DNA of 62,010 bases, the filler included, from Choristocarpus tenellus KU-1152 (taxonomy: Eukaryota; Protista; Phaeophyceae): the NCBI GenBank assembly GCA_964200185.2. It is 8 parts of 8 records of this genome, joined end to end, with 100 filler letters (N's around TTAATTAATTAA, not from the genome) between each part and the next. Parts side by side here need not be neighbours in the genome. Positions count along the whole stretch, not along the records: positions 9,934 to 34,808 come from CAXNAD020000197.1; 7 more parts are not named here. One strand, given 5' to 3'. The notes under the pieces are model-generated. The model worked only from the letters and a program-made list of their open reading frames with translations, made no database searches and was not told the origin of the DNA. A program made the position numbers and the translations under genes. This document shows, in pieces, positions 12,901 to 27,329 of the stretch. Each line of letters starts with the position of its first letter. Position 1 is the first letter of the stretch.

Positions 12901-15900
12901 TCTGATTGACACCCAAAGGTGTTTGCACATAGTATCAAAGGTGTTTGCACATTAAAACAAACATAATTTGTGTTAGTTCACTGCAAGAACAGTTCGAGCC
13001 TGATGCCTAAGCAGAAAGGCTCTATCCCCACTAAATCGGACCCCAGGAAGTCGGCGATTGTTTGTATAGGGAGATGTGTTGTAGTACTGTACACACTAAA
13101 TGTTGCTGTTACTATAAACAAAGAAACAAGTATCTTTGAAGCAGTATAATGTAACTTGAATAATTCATGAGTGATGAAAAGGAATACTAGAATTGTGACG
13201 TTTGAGTAATGACCTAGGAAATATCTAGGAAATATATTGTTTGGTAACTTCTAAAGCTCGTTTGCTAGGATGATATGGAGGGCAGGACAAAACCCCCGCT
13301 TATGGATAGGAATCATTCTTCGCTGTAACTTAATAAAGCAGATTCTACATCATCATGTTCTTTGCTTCTTCTTGGTGAAGCAGCACACTCTTTGGTAGCA
13401 TGAAAACAGCGATGACCCCACCATTCTAAAATTTGCCTTTGACTTGTCTCATGACCTTTTCACCTAAGGTCAATTACTGACAGCCTATTCGTGTTATGTG
13501 TATATAAATAGCATTTCCTAGCCATGAATGAGAAAGTTTAGGTAATTTTATCTGGGTTAGGGTTAGGGTTAGATATGATGATGTAATTGAGAGATACCTT
13601 GGTCTTTGAGAATACTCCAGGGCTGAACAAATAGGGGCTACAATACTATGATAAGACAATCTGGGCTAAGATTCAATTTCATCTTGGCATAGAAAATTTT
13701 GTCAGGGTAACTCCGGGTTAAGAGTGTGCATCAATACTTGAAGACTCCACCCCGCGATAGGCCCAAAGACTACGATATATATATATATATATACATTTTT
13801 TGGTGTTCGTGGGGCGGTTACTACTGAAAGGGATCATTCTATTTGCATCCTCCTCTAAATGGTAATGATCCCTTTCAGATACAAGCTATATCCTGACTTC
13901 AATGTACTGGAATTGAGGACTAACTCACTGTAAAAAACCTGCATATCAAGGAAGGCACACCACGTCAACACATTAATCATTCCTGCCTGAACGGGAGGTT
14001 AATCTCCTTACCCTCCGGCCCCATAGGCGTAATCAGGCGTGCAGGTAAGTCGGGCGATCTCCCCCAGGCCCATTTCTATAACCCCCTCATCCCAGCCTTT
14101 GATGACTTGACCTAAGCCAATTTGATAGGCGAAGGGCTCCTGTGGAAAAGTGATCGACAGAGCGAGAAGAGAAAAGAAATATCGTCACTGCTGCAGCAGT
14201 GTGAGCACTCTTCACCCTATATTACTGTTCTCGATGATGATGCCCTTCTGCGGAGATCATCCTATCATCCTGTTCGATATCCCACACCTGCAAACTTTGA
14301 AAAAAAAGAGAGGAAACCAGACCATCCCCACTTAACCCGTCATCTCGCGGCAATCAACATAACAGACCTGTCCGGGATCCTTGGTACTCCAGAACTTCTG
14401 GGTGAGGTCGTTGTTCTTCCCGAATCCTGTGCAATGGACCGTGACCTTGTTACCTCTGTGACGTTGACCAATTGCACCCCCAAGAAGACCATTGTTGACG
14501 GTGGCAACGAGAGACAACAATCGCCCCTATCTTGTTAGAACTTGAAATTTAGACAGGTAGCAGTCACGCTGATATCCTCTTCTAGCCCCTCGTCTGTACG
14601 TCATGGTCGGCGTACCCTTCACAGCAAGCTTGTCACAAATACTGTAGACCTCTATAACTATTTTGCACAACGGCAGTAGCACCAACCTCACAGGCTTGAT
14701 AGCGCTGGTAGCAGCGCGCAGTACTTCCTTTTGGAAACCCATTCTCTATGCCTCGGAATGTGTATGGAAAACGGGCGGTGACTTCTGATGACTTTATTCA
14801 AAGATGTTCTTGTAGGAAGGTCCTTGAGTGTTGGTGGGGTTCAAGTGTTTGATTCCCAATGTAAATAATATGTGTGGAAGAATTCTTGGTGAGGTTGCCA
14901 CAAAAAGAATGAGAAATGATCGGGACCAGGACCAGTCCCAGATTAACATGCCTTTTATGTTACGAAAGTCCTAGAGTCTGAATCTCATTTTTTTTCTTTT
15001 TTCGCGTTGTGGTTTGTAGTGACACAATGTTCTAAGATACATTTCAAAGTACCAACCATGTTCTTGTATGGGAGGCTTCATCAGGATATTGAAGGGACTA
15101 AATCGCCAACCCTGTCCGTACCTCCTTATATATATGATATTATTATTATTAATCCATGTACCCACCGCCTTTAATTATCACTGAACATGGATTAAGGTAC
15201 AAATGTTTCTTCCAATCAACAATGGACCTATGTCATGTATGTAGTCAAATTCAAGCTTGTGATAACGGGAACATATCTATGGAGTTGGACAGTCATGTCT
15301 TTTCCGCCATGTATTTGAGACAATTTGGAGTCTGCCAGACATATTTTGACGGGGATGGTCCGACTACCTTGCGCTTGGCGTGGTTAGATTGAAGTACAGG
15401 AAGAGTCATCTTGACCACCTGGTCGGGCATTTAAGTTTAGTTCAGAACAGTCAGAGATTTGAACTGAACCGTCCTGAGAAAAGAAGGTGGTACTTTTTTT
15501 GCATTCGTAAACTAACACGAGAGGTCCAGACCGCCAGGATTCCACCCAGACCGGATAAAGGGGACAATGGTTGGTACCTGCGTGATACTACGAAGCATGT
15601 TTTAAAAAGCTGGTCCAGGGCCGTCAGAGAAGTGACCAGACCGGGTCGGTTATCTACTGGTCCAGTTAAAGCTGTGAAAACGAGTACAGCAGTATTCTAT
15701 TTTTTTAAAACCAAGAATGGACAAGATCTGACTGCTCAAGGCTGTGACCTGCGTCCTGATATGACATGGACATTCTAACAAGGTCCACTATATTTGCATG
15801 TCAAGTTCTGTTCTCACCCATCAAACACTAATTCTTAAACATTGTACTACTCTAGAATGGGATTTGAAGAACAAGAACAATGAAGAATGCACAGATCATA

Positions 15901-16040
15901 TCGCATCACACAAAGAAATATGTCCTTCATTGTGAAGACTGGATATGACTACATGGAGGCAACGGTGTGATGAAAGTAGAGGAGTATTCTTGTTTGCAGG
16001 GTCAAGTTGCATGCATAGGGGAAGAATGACTACCAAAAAT

Positions 16041-16224
16041 GACCCAAAGTATCTGAGGAGGGGGGAGGGGAATCTACACCAGGGTGTCCATTTGGGTCAT
16101 AACCAGGAAAAGTGCACTTATATTATCCATTGGACATACGCAACCAAATCACACAAAATTCGCGACATGCAAAAAACATGCCCCAAATGGACAGCCACCA
16201 CCCCCCCCCCCAGATACTTCAGCC
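16041..16224 (+). mobile_element. MITE family B (~175-185 bp), full copy
   Basis: Imperfect TIRs GACCCAAAGTATCTG...CAGATACTTCAGCC. Perfect 4-bp TSD AAAT at 16037-16040 and 16225-16228. Homologous copies at 34909, 45966, 54419 and 60372. Confidence 0.85.
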
Positions 16225-16495
16225 AAATGGCGAAATAGTGTATGGGTAACTTGCAGATGGTAAACATATCAGTGCGGTGGACAGGAGAAGCAAAACTAGC
16301 TCGTGGATGGATGTGTTCATCATACGCACAACAGTATGATCTTGAGAAGTTAGGGATCACTATTGAGGGGTGGCGTACAAGAGTTGCTCAGAAAATCCAA
16401 ATATATGTATGTCTGTGGTTGACGAAGAGAGCCAAGTGCTGCATCATAAACTAAAGGGTTGGTTACAACAGAAGTCGTATGCAATAGGTGACTTT

Positions 16496-16751
16496 GAGGC
16501 AAAGTATCTTAGAGGGTAGAGCCGCGTCCATTCGGGGACCAAATCCGACGTTGCAATTTTGATGTAATTTTGACTATCATGTTGTTAGGAGACGTCAATA
16601 TCCTTTTCTGGACACTCCTTTTCATAAGGTATACATTTTACCTACTCCAAAACATTTTGGAGCAAGTAAAATATCAATAAAAACCCATGGGAAGCCAAGC
16701 CCCACATGGACAAACAGGACAAAATTTGTACCTTCTAAGATACTTTCACTC
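16496..16751 (+). mobile_element. MITE family A (~255 bp), full copy
   Basis: TIRs GAGGCAAAGTATCTTAGAGGGTA...TACCTTCTAAGATACTTTCACTC. Flanks CTTT/TTTT are a near-TSD. Homologous copies at 54287, 60021, 61620 and 61935. Confidence 0.85.
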
Positions 16752-18522
16752 TTTTGTACAATACAGTGAAGTAGGTTGAGGTATCTCATCAAGATAGTTA
16801 TGGTCCATAATATGCCCACTCACTAGGTTCTTACTGCTTGTTGAATGTCCTTTCTTTGGTCTATTTTCTAAACTTATTTTTGATACAAGTACGCGATGAA
16901 GTGGTGCTTGAATGGATGTATCAGATGTGACTCTGAGATTTCCTAGTTTTCCTGTAGGATCTTGGCGATGATGTTCTAACCCTAACCTTCTCCCCAGTTC
17001 TTGGGTGGTAGTGAGTTGTGTGTAGGCCTAGGGTTCACCTCCTTTCTAGCTATATAGAGTTTCCTGTTTCTATTTTTTTTGTCATTTATTTTGTTTCTTT
17101 TAGAACCCCTGACTTCGTTTCCTCATTCCACATTGGAAACTATGACCAATCTTCTACAAGCAGAACGGTAGTAAATTTTCGCAGTTACATGTATGTCCTT
17201 TCCCAGTACAACGACCACAAAACACAACTACCACTACATACGTTTCTAGTATGGACAGAGTTGGTTTCTTGTTTTATAAAATACAACTATGGTAGGTGTA
17301 TTACAAGTCCTTTCACCCCATAGTAGTATACAATAGAGACCCTCTTCTTGTTGCGTTCATTACATTTTGTCTTACACATTCCTTGTTCCCCTCCGTGAAA
17401 GTGCTTGTAGGCATAATAAAACATTTTCTAACCCTAACCCTATCTGACTGAAGGAACCAAAGATGTCATGTCTTGACCACTTTCACCCTTGCCTTTCCCC
17501 TGATGAACTATTGCCTTGTTTGGCCTCAGTGTTGGAAGTATCTAAATACTAAATGCTGGAATGTACCAGAATACAGATACTGACAACCAATACACCATGA
17601 GAACACTTGTAGATGTTATGCCTGACCAACTCCTTTGATTTTTCCTTAGGATGCTGTCAGAGGGTGACATTAAAATAATTGCAGTGGAACAATGTTGTCA
17701 TAAAACCCCCCCCCAGTTCTCTCATCTTTATTCTCATCCACTATTAGACTGCTTCGATACTAATGAAGAAAAGCTCATGTTCTTGACGATTTATGCTATT
17801 ACACTTATCAGTATTCACATCTTCTACTGGTGTAATACATCAAACTTCATTTCATGTCCCAACCCAAATACACACAGATAATGCTGAATAATTCAATACA
17901 ATGACTGTGACACGATCACAGGATTGCACCACAAACCCTAACCTTAACCCTTACACATCAATCTTTCCAAAATGACTACCCAGTCTTCCTAATGTACTTG
18001 TGCTGTGAATTACTACACCATCCTCTCGACCTCGTTAGCATCTGCCCCAACGCCTCCTCCACAACGGAATGCTTGGCCTTACCAATGTACTTACTGTATG
18101 ACAATTGTGGGTTTTGGTTTGACTGCCTGGAACACCAAGCCCACTTCTTGAAAGTTCTAGTACTGCTCTCCTTTATGGTACCTCTGACCACAGGCCTGAG
18201 CCTTTCCAACAATAATGTGACAATTGCATCTCCATCCCACATCCCACTTCATGGGAGCAGTCAGATTTACACATCAGTCACGAGGCCTCATGGTACTAAT
18301 CACACAACTCCTCAACCATAACTCATGTACCAGCAGCGGCAAGGCAGTCTACAAGCCGCAGGATCAACCCCATACTACAGAACCAAAAAGTCCTCAAAAC
18401 TAAACTCAAGCCTCTGCACCCAGCCAATACTACAACCTATACTAGGCTCCCCTAACCCTAACTCACAGTCATGCACTGCTCTCGCACATAAAGACAAAAA
18501 AGAGAAGACACATCTGTACTGT

Positions 18523-21500
18523 TTACACAATGGGGGCCATTGTTTCATCTGCACCCTTTCTCCGCTTGTCATTGGTTCCATCTGCCCCACCCCCTTCCAC
18601 CTCTACCCCACTCCCCTCCACCCCAGCATTGCTTTTCCGCTTTCCACTATCCCCCTCATCAAACGCGCCTTCCCCTTGTACCAAACCCTTTTCCTTTTCT
18701 GAGGATGCAATTAATGCCTCGGCTGCAGGGGTATGTAACAAAACAATCAAGGCCGTTACATTGTCGAGTCCAGTTCCATCTCCATCAGATGTCTCCGCAC
18801 AGCAGGCATCACAGAGGTCACAGCATATTGCACTGATACAAGTCTTGACTGCCAGGCGCTCTCTAACAAAGTCAACAACCTGACCAAAAAACAGAAAACA
18901 ATTCAGGTCACACATTTGATTCAATTGTATCAATCTTGGAGTATAGCATTCTATCGCTATTAAACAGGACTGAATATGCTTACATTAGGTTTTATGGTTA
19001 GGACTAAGGAGGGCTACATGCCAGCTGAATTTTCGTATTAGTAGGGTTAGGGTTAGGGTTAGGTCTTTTGAAATATTTTTCACAAGAAAAGAAGATCAAC
19101 CAACGAAATAGACTGCTGTAACTGTCAGTAACTGTCAGTTAATTTATTTTTCATAATTTGGAAACATGTTCTGAGATATACAAGATCGTGACATTCAATT
19201 TGAAAATCAGAAAGCTACGATTTGCCAGAAAATCAAGTAATTTCATCTACTTTTTCAATAAGAGCCTAACCCTAACCCTAACTCACGAAAAAGATAAACC
19301 CTACAGTGTGATGTCTTGGTACTCAGCATACCATCAACTCGTTGGAATGAAAAATGGACAATTGGAAAATATGCCGTTTACAGGCATATTTTGTTTATGA
19401 CATGAAATAAATACAATAGTTGGTTCAGGCAAACAGGTAAAGGATGTTCACAGAGCGATCCTAACCCTAACCCTTGAAGGGGGGATCACACACCTCCTGG
19501 CTGGAAAGTACGTTCCACACCCCATCACAGGCAAAGACAACGAACTCATCCTCATCTTCAATGTCTAGACTCTGAAGCTCTGGGTTAGCGGTAATCATTT
19601 GCTCCTCTGGGGTCAGTTTATCATCAGCCTTGTAAGTGAGGTCCCCAATAGCCCTTGAGAGATTGAGGTTCCCCTGCCAGCAACATCATCATCCAAGCAA
19701 AGTTGTCAAGGCATCTATACAGAGGTGTAAAAAGGGATGGGAGTGGTATCACCAAAGATGCACGACTCCTTCATAGGTGGAAAGGTGTAAGCACCTTCCT
19801 TGTACAATATCAACAGATCAATATGTACAATATCAATAGTCCAAATGTGTCAACAGAAAATACAGTATCCCCTTGAAGTGACAAAGATCATTGAGGAGTT
19901 ACAAAGTTCAAAAATACAAGCTGGACCCGTGGTCCCTAACCCTAACCCTAACCCAGATCAGTCACCTCTTAAGCATACCAAGTTGTACACCAACAATATC
20001 TGCTTATATCATTCATAATTAATACCCTCGGCCCTAACCCTTTGCTACAGATCCAAAGCTAAGATACTGATCATCACACTTACATGCAGTAAAATATTGA
20101 ATTATGTCCCTAACCCTAACCCTAACCCCCAAGGGGCAAAGTGGACACACATGAAACAAGTAAAAAAAAAAATGTGGAATTTTTTACCAAAAAAGTATCC
20201 CTACTGTGCACCATCACAAGCAATAATTTGATTGGTTGATTGATTGTTATTCCCAACACATGTACAAATACTAGCCCTGACCTTATCAAACCAATGGTTA
20301 GGGTTAGGGTTAATGCAAATAAAAAGAAGAGCTGCAGGAGTTAAAAAATTCTGTAACAAAGCAACAGACAAAGACATACAAAAATACATCTCACCAAGAT
20401 ATGCTTAACCCTAACCCTAACCCTAACCACAGGTTCTACTTGTACTAGGCACCCCCTATAACCCTAACCCTAGAGTTCTTCCCGATCATTCTAGGTGTCC
20501 ATAACCCTAACCCTAACACGATCATTCTAGGTGACCCTAACCCTAACCCTGAGATGGAGATGCATGCTGCGCTGACCTGAACCCTCCCATCCATGACATG
20601 TCCTCCAGCTTTGGCAATACGCTCTCGCTCAGGTTGATCCTCTGGTTTGTGGTCTGTTGACATGTCTATCGACACTCCCTTGCGACTCACCACACACCTG
20701 CACAACATAATAATAATAATAATATTAATTAAAAAAAGGGTTAGGGTTAGGGTTGAGAGTCAGGTCTGCTCTTCCTTGGTCATATATTTCTTAGGGTTAG
20801 GGTTAGGGAAACCTCTCACTAATCAAAAGAGAACAAATATTATAGATGTAGCAAAGGGTCAGGGTCAATTTCCACATGTAGCAAAGCAGACGGTACTCAC
20901 CATTGTGTTCCTAAATATGTTCCTAAATATGTATCTATTGGCACTAATCTAAACCAGCATCTCTTACCCTATAACCCTAACCCCAATAAATCTAATCTAA
21001 CCCAATAAACACGTACTGTGAACCAAATAAATACAGCTGGTCAGGGGGTAGGCTGATTGTGGTGATCCATAGAGTTAAAAATGTATCTATAACGCTAACG
21101 ACTTGGATTGTGAGATGTAGGGTTAGGGTTAAGGGCATGACATGAAAATACTTACGGCATCTGTATCTAGCCTCTGTATGGGGAATGTGACGTGTTCAAA
21201 ACATGCCTGATTACCTTGAGTCCCCTGCATTTGCCACAACGAGAGTCTTTTCCCCCACAAGGAGGCCAAGTACTGCTGTTGCTCCACAGTCATACCCCTG
21301 ACGATGATGCTCTGATAAAAAAATTAAAAAGAACAACGGGAGATAGAAATGGACATCAATGTTACCCTAACCCTAACCCTAACCCTAATGTTACAAAAAA
21401 CTATATATTAGTATTAGAGAGTTACATGCTTGGTAAACATCAAAGCCATTGCAACAAAGATGGACTTGGAGAAAAATAAGGCAACAAGATCAAAATGTAT

Positions 21501-24500
21501 CAAAATGTAAATATTTAAAATATTTAGAACAACAGAGCTTAAGGAGATAGGCATCAATGTTCAAATGCTGGCTTCAAGTTTAGGCTTAGGGAAAGATTTG
21601 GAACATTCCAAACCTCTCCTGAACCATATTTAAAATATTTAGAACAACAGAGCTTAAGGAGATAGACATCAATGTTCAAATGCTGGCTTCAAGTTTAGGC
21701 TTAGGGAAAGATTTGGAACATTCCAAACCTCTCCTGAACCAAGACATCAGAGGTTATGGTATTAATATCCATAATCCAAACGGCTTCTTTGAAAATTATA
21801 CCCTGACCCTAACCCTGACTGCTGAGAAACCCTAACCCTACTTAAACCAGAGAAGGAAATTTACTGCAAATTCAGTTTTATCACAGCATAGCCAGGTTAG
21901 GATTAGGGGTCTCAATATGAGTGTCAACCATTGTTACCTCTGTCAACATTTAATTTTGTTACATACATAATATGTATATATAGGAGCACAATAAAAATGA
22001 ACTAAATGTCAACCCTTTTCAAACACACAAAATTATAAAGGGTTAGGGTTAGAAGTTACATATAAAATAGTGAAAATTCAGAAAATTACTTCCAAATAGA
22101 TTTTGAGCATAAAGTCGGATCTCCAGGTTACACTGGGCTAACACCCTAACCCCAAGAGAATGGAGATTCCCACCAAGCTAACATAGGAAAGTCGGCAAAT
22201 TGGTATCATACAAATCATTGATGGTATAATCTATAACCCTAACCCTAGACCTATCACAGAGCCCTCGGTTTCTCTCAAAGTCATACTCTAACGCTAATCC
22301 TACCCCTACCCCTACCCCTAACCCCAATCTGTGTGTTGTGTCATGTTGTCAAACTACAACTATGAGATATATGCTACCATAATCCATTCAACAAGCACCC
22401 CTATCACCATTGTCTGAACACTGTCAATATGAAAGTCCAAACCATGAAAATTAATCTAAAAAAATTCAAAATTCAAATTTCAAAATTCAAATAGCATGTT
22501 GAGAAATCCCGTAGAACACACAAAACCTTAACCCTAACCCTAACCCTAACCCTTTTTAGCACGATAGACTGTACTGTACTCTAGCTGATGCTATGATTTG
22601 AAAAGGGTACTTCCTCTGTTCCACACCAAATAATTTTTTTTAATAATTTTACATAATTTAAAACAATCTGCAGAGTGGAAGGGCTAATCAAATGAAAAGA
22701 AACGGTATCCATGTGATGAAAAGGACTATCACACGTTTTCTTTCTCTTGAATAGACTTTGTATTCAAAACAATATCAACATCTATCATTCAAACTAACAC
22801 CAACATCTATCATTCAAAAAACATCTCAACATCCATCACAATAAGACAGTAAACGCAACGATCACCATTTCAATGGCATTGGTGACATGATGCACACAGA
22901 TAGAGCCATACCCTCAATGGCATCATAGAACACACAAACCGTACACAATGCAGTTAGGGTTAGGGTTAGGGTTAGCCTTTAAAGTCAAAACCAGATGGAC
23001 CAAACTGTTGATGCCGTAACCCCTTGCACCAGAACCTTCAAGGACTGTTCTTGAATCAAGAACATTCTGGGTTTCTTCCCTATTCGACGAAGGATTATTG
23101 GTCTGAAACACTTCAAGAAAACATACTGTTCTCAAAAAAACGTTTTGCTTTCAAACTCAAGATGGCGTTCTTACGTATTATTATCCCTAACAACCCTAAC
23201 CCAAAAGTAAAAATAATGTGAATAGGAAAAACCCCCTCAAGAGTTAGGGTTAGGGTTAGGGGAAAGAGGTTTCTGACCTTCGCTGACAAAAAAGAACAAA
23301 TTACCCTAACTCTAAATAACCGTAACAGATAGGAAGAAAAAAAGGGTTGTTCTATTTGACCCTAACCCTAACCCCTCTGCTTCCTCAACTTCACTCCCTC
23401 TATAGACTAGCAATGTTAATACTGCTCCTGAACTCACCTTGTCTAGATTTTTCCTCGTCCTCCTCATCCTCCTCTTCACCTCCTAGCCCTCCTCTTGCCT
23501 CCTTTTCGTTCCCTTCTATCATCCCTTCAACACTGTTCCCATCCCCCTTCCCGCCTTCCTCCACTTTCATCCCTTCCATGTCTACAACTCCTGCAGCAAA
23601 CCCTACCCCCTTGCCATCCTCAGATGATCCTGCCTCCATCTCAGGAACATTCCTTGCCCCTTCCTTCTTCAGATCCATTTCCTTTCCCCCTTCTCTCCCC
23701 TCATCATTATCTTCTTCCTCCTCCTCCTCCTCACTATCATTGCTGCCTTCATAGTCTTCATCTTCAGAGTCGTCTTCGGAGTTGTCCTCCCCCCCCCCTG
23801 CACCCATTCCACCTTCCAAAGTTCCTCCACTTGTAAATTGATCCCTGCTCATAGGAACATGGCAGAGGGGAGTAGACAAGGAAGGATTTTTTTTTTGTTC
23901 TTTAGGGTTAGGGATACTATCCACACTGGCAAAGATGTGCTCTTCTTGTCTTTGTCATCATTGGGGGAGGGGGGAATCAAATAGTACAACATCACCCCTA
24001 GCCCTAACCCTGGGTGAAAGTTGATCAATATCACCTCTCTAACCCTAACCCTAACACAACAAATCTACCGAACCCTAACCCTATACCAAAATACAGAGAA
24101 CCCCTGTCAGTACAGATCTGAACCCTAGCCCTAAGCCTGAAATGAAAGTTAATTTTAAAGTAATATCTAACCCTAACCCTAACCCTAAGTATAATTTAAA
24201 GTAATATCTCTACCATCCCCAGAGCAACTCCATCCACCTGATTGCCTTCTTCATCTGCTCCATGATCATGGCATGCATCTCCGGGGGCATCTTTGATAGC
24301 ACTTCATCTTCATCTTTACAAGTATATGTCATCATCACAGCATCCGTTCCCAAGGCATTGTGAAAACATGGTAGAGGAATGGACAGATGGGCAAGGATAA
24401 GGGTTAGGGATAGCCATGTTCCCATCATCGTTCCAAGACCAATTCAAAAGAGTTAGGGTTATGGTAACCAATACAATAGAGCATTGGAACTGCTACATCA

Positions 24501-26814
24501 CGCCACTGTAAGAAAACTATGACTATGTCTCAAAAAAATATGTAACTAATTGTAAGTAAACACCTCATCTAACCCTAACCCTAACCCTACACACTCTTCT
24601 GCCCCGTGAATCTTTGCCAAGCATTAGTTAAAAATAGATAAACAATAACCCTAACCCTAGGGATCCAAAAGACAGCGGGTCATGAATTTTGAAAGAGGAA
24701 TCAGAAAAAAATGTCACCTAACTAACATGCAAGAAGCAATGATTCCTAACAGAGAGTGCGATAGATCGCCTGTCTGGGTTGAAGTCGGGGTTTCATTCTG
24801 GCAATTCACCAGGCTATGCCTGTAGCTTCTCACTCACCAGGTGCATCTCCACTGTCACTGTCATCCTCACTGGCAGTTGCCTTGATTGCTGTCAATTCCT
24901 CCTTGAAATTCATTTTTTTTTTTCATCATTGAGGTATTGCATCATCATATCAAGGCATCACATTGTATTGCCACATTAAACCATGGCATGCCCATTAACA
25001 CCCCCCAAAAAATATACATTCCAACAAAAGATAGGCAGGGGGTAGAAGTTGTGCAATCAAAAGAAATGATCGGGTTAGGGTTAGACCATGTAGGGTTTGA
25101 GGAAGCTTGATATTACAAAAAAATAGTGCTTGCTTCCAGGAGAGAGGGAGAGGACTTCGCTTGCATCATGTTGCAGCAAGGTAACAATGTGATTAGCAAC
25201 TGCTGTCAACATGTGTCACAAAAAAACATAAAACAAACTATATGTAGGGAAACATCCTTGCTTGCAAACAGGGTGAGTAGGGGAAAGAGGGTTGGTGGTG
25301 ACATGTTTTCTTCTAAGTGGATATGTACCATACTGACTATAATATGGCCTATCCGACTTGGGGGTTGGCAGTAGTTTGGACGAAAGCTACCATTATTGAT
25401 ACATGAGGGTCAAATGTCGTCTTCAAGTGGGGTCATCATGTGTTCCAAAAAAGCTCATATATTTGGAAGAACTTGTGCTGACACATTAACTCATGGGGCA
25501 AAAATGGTGGGTAGTTACCAACATCAGGCGTACAAGTACCTGGCCCCTTGGAGTCCTGATCATATCATCTATTTGAAGGTAGGCCTGCTTGAGGCCCTGC
25601 ATCAACTCTCCTTCTTTATACCCTTTGGTGTTCCTTACCACATCGCACATGTGGGTGGCACAGTACTTTGCCACCTCTGCCCCCCCCTGACATCGCGCAA
25701 TGTGGTAGGAAGCGACGAAAGAAGCACAGGAGGGGGAAATCAAGGGAACGGACGAGTTTCAGGTGCTTGAATATGCTTCATTAATCCCTTAGCAGCCTTC
25801 ACCCCACAATACCGTAATTAAGTTTTCTTTACCCCTTGAATACTTGTTCGATATGGGAAATGCACCAACAGCTTGGTTATCTTACTTCCAATATTGAGAA
25901 GCCATGTCCGGCAATTTATCATGGTGCTACCGACGTAATTTAACTGCGTCACCCCTACGATCAGACTAACCCAACCCGAACTCAATGCTTCAACCATCTC
26001 TTCAAACCGCCTCAACCTACGCCTCTCCACAGACCATTCCTTCCTCAGGGTCAACAGGATATGAATATCACAATATTCCTCGTCGAAAAATGTGAGTGAA
26101 CTCAAGGGAGCAAGCTGGGTGTCTGCTTTGTACTCTCGATGTAGTCTCAGAATATATAACCGACAATCATATATAACCACGTCTTAGATCTATCTGCGAA
26201 ACAGGACAAAGTATTCACATCTAGGGAAACAACTATGTTCTAAGTGGTAGTTGGCTTATACAGCTTATTATCATGCACATGTGCTGGTCCACGTGTAAGA
26301 GAAAGTATTGCGACCTCCATCTGCACTGGGCCTGCACCCCTCCCCCTCCCCAAAATGAACGATGAACCAGTCAACCACAAGCAGCAGACAGGTCATAGCA
26401 TAGATTTAGTAGATAGGGTTGTGTCGGCACAGCATGAGCTAAGAATTGATGGACAAAGAAGGTAGAATGGCCAAGGCGAGGCTCACGTGTCCATCGAACA
26501 CTGCAAAGAGAGCGACCGGTTTGTGGTCGTCTCCGTTCTCCTCTTTCTGGTTAAGGTCGAGGCAAGCAAGATGGGCATCTTCCATCCCTGTACGCCACCC
26601 TTGCATGGCAGCTGCGCCCCAGCGAAGCCCACCATGCTCTCCTCCTGTCAATAGTGACCAACAGTGAGGGTCACTCTGATAAGTATGGATGGGTGCACTA
26701 GATCCGGCAATGCAAGCGGCAGAAACATAATGCAACGACCTCGTGGCGATGAAGGCTTAACGTACCATCTTCAGTTTCCTTGTCAGTTATGGGTTGGCTC
26801 AGATAAGCCCCCAT
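18523..26814 (-). CDS. PPM1G: Protein phosphatase 2C, PPM1G-like with central acidic insert
   Basis: Exons 26814-26766 ([12 protein letters not shown], myristoylation-type start), 26644-26487 ([18 protein letters not shown]), 25686-25540 (GGAEVAKYC), 24901-24838, 24313-24238, 23844-23438 (acidic), 21297-21215 ([13 protein letters not shown]), 20697-20577 (DHKP), 19673-19494 ([16 protein letters not shown]) and 18879-18523 (GLDNVT). One small exon between 23438 and 21297 is unresolved. Confidence 0.92.
21511..21740 (+). repeat. 115-bp near-perfect tandem duplication in a PP2C intron
   Basis: 21511-21625 is repeated at 21626-21740 with about one mismatch. Confidence 0.9.
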
Positions 26815-27329
26815 ATCCGATGTTGGCTATGTTCCAAGTACGGATTTGTATTGTTACACGATGATGGTGTGTAGGGTTCAGGCCGAGTTATGTTTGTTTC
26901 CCCCCTTTTTTTAAAGATGAGGATCGAAAATTGGATTTGTCATAAGAATATACATATATATATACACATATATTTGTTTTTTCATAATCTAGGGTTAGGG
27001 AATGAAGTACATTTCCATTACACTACCTCTCAACCAAGCGGCGTGTTCTGATCTTGCAACGGATTGGACAGATATTCAATAAGTGTTCAAAAGGGACAAT
27101 GATACACCATATACATTAAAGACAATGTCATATACTACTGATCACTGTATCTGCATCACATAGAGCAATGCATCTCTGACACAACCAACAACACGTAAAT
27201 GCCCTACAATACCTGCCCGTGTGACCTTCCTTGGATTCACTGATTTTACTGAGATCGGGTCTACCACAATAAAAAAACACAGCTCAACTGTTTAGTTATC
27301 ATATTCATTCGTGAGGGTTTATAGCCGTC
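26815..27329. promoter_or_regulatory. Head-to-head intergenic region between PP2C and the MTRR-like gene (probable bidirectional promoter)
   Basis: About 515 bp between divergent ATGs at 26814 (-) and 27330 (+). Confidence 0.5.

Noticed and set aside
9934-15800. Scattered ORFs (10035, 14122, 14527, 15380) as genes
   Set aside because: No recognisable motifs or consistent exon chain. Probably old TE debris that I cannot classify.
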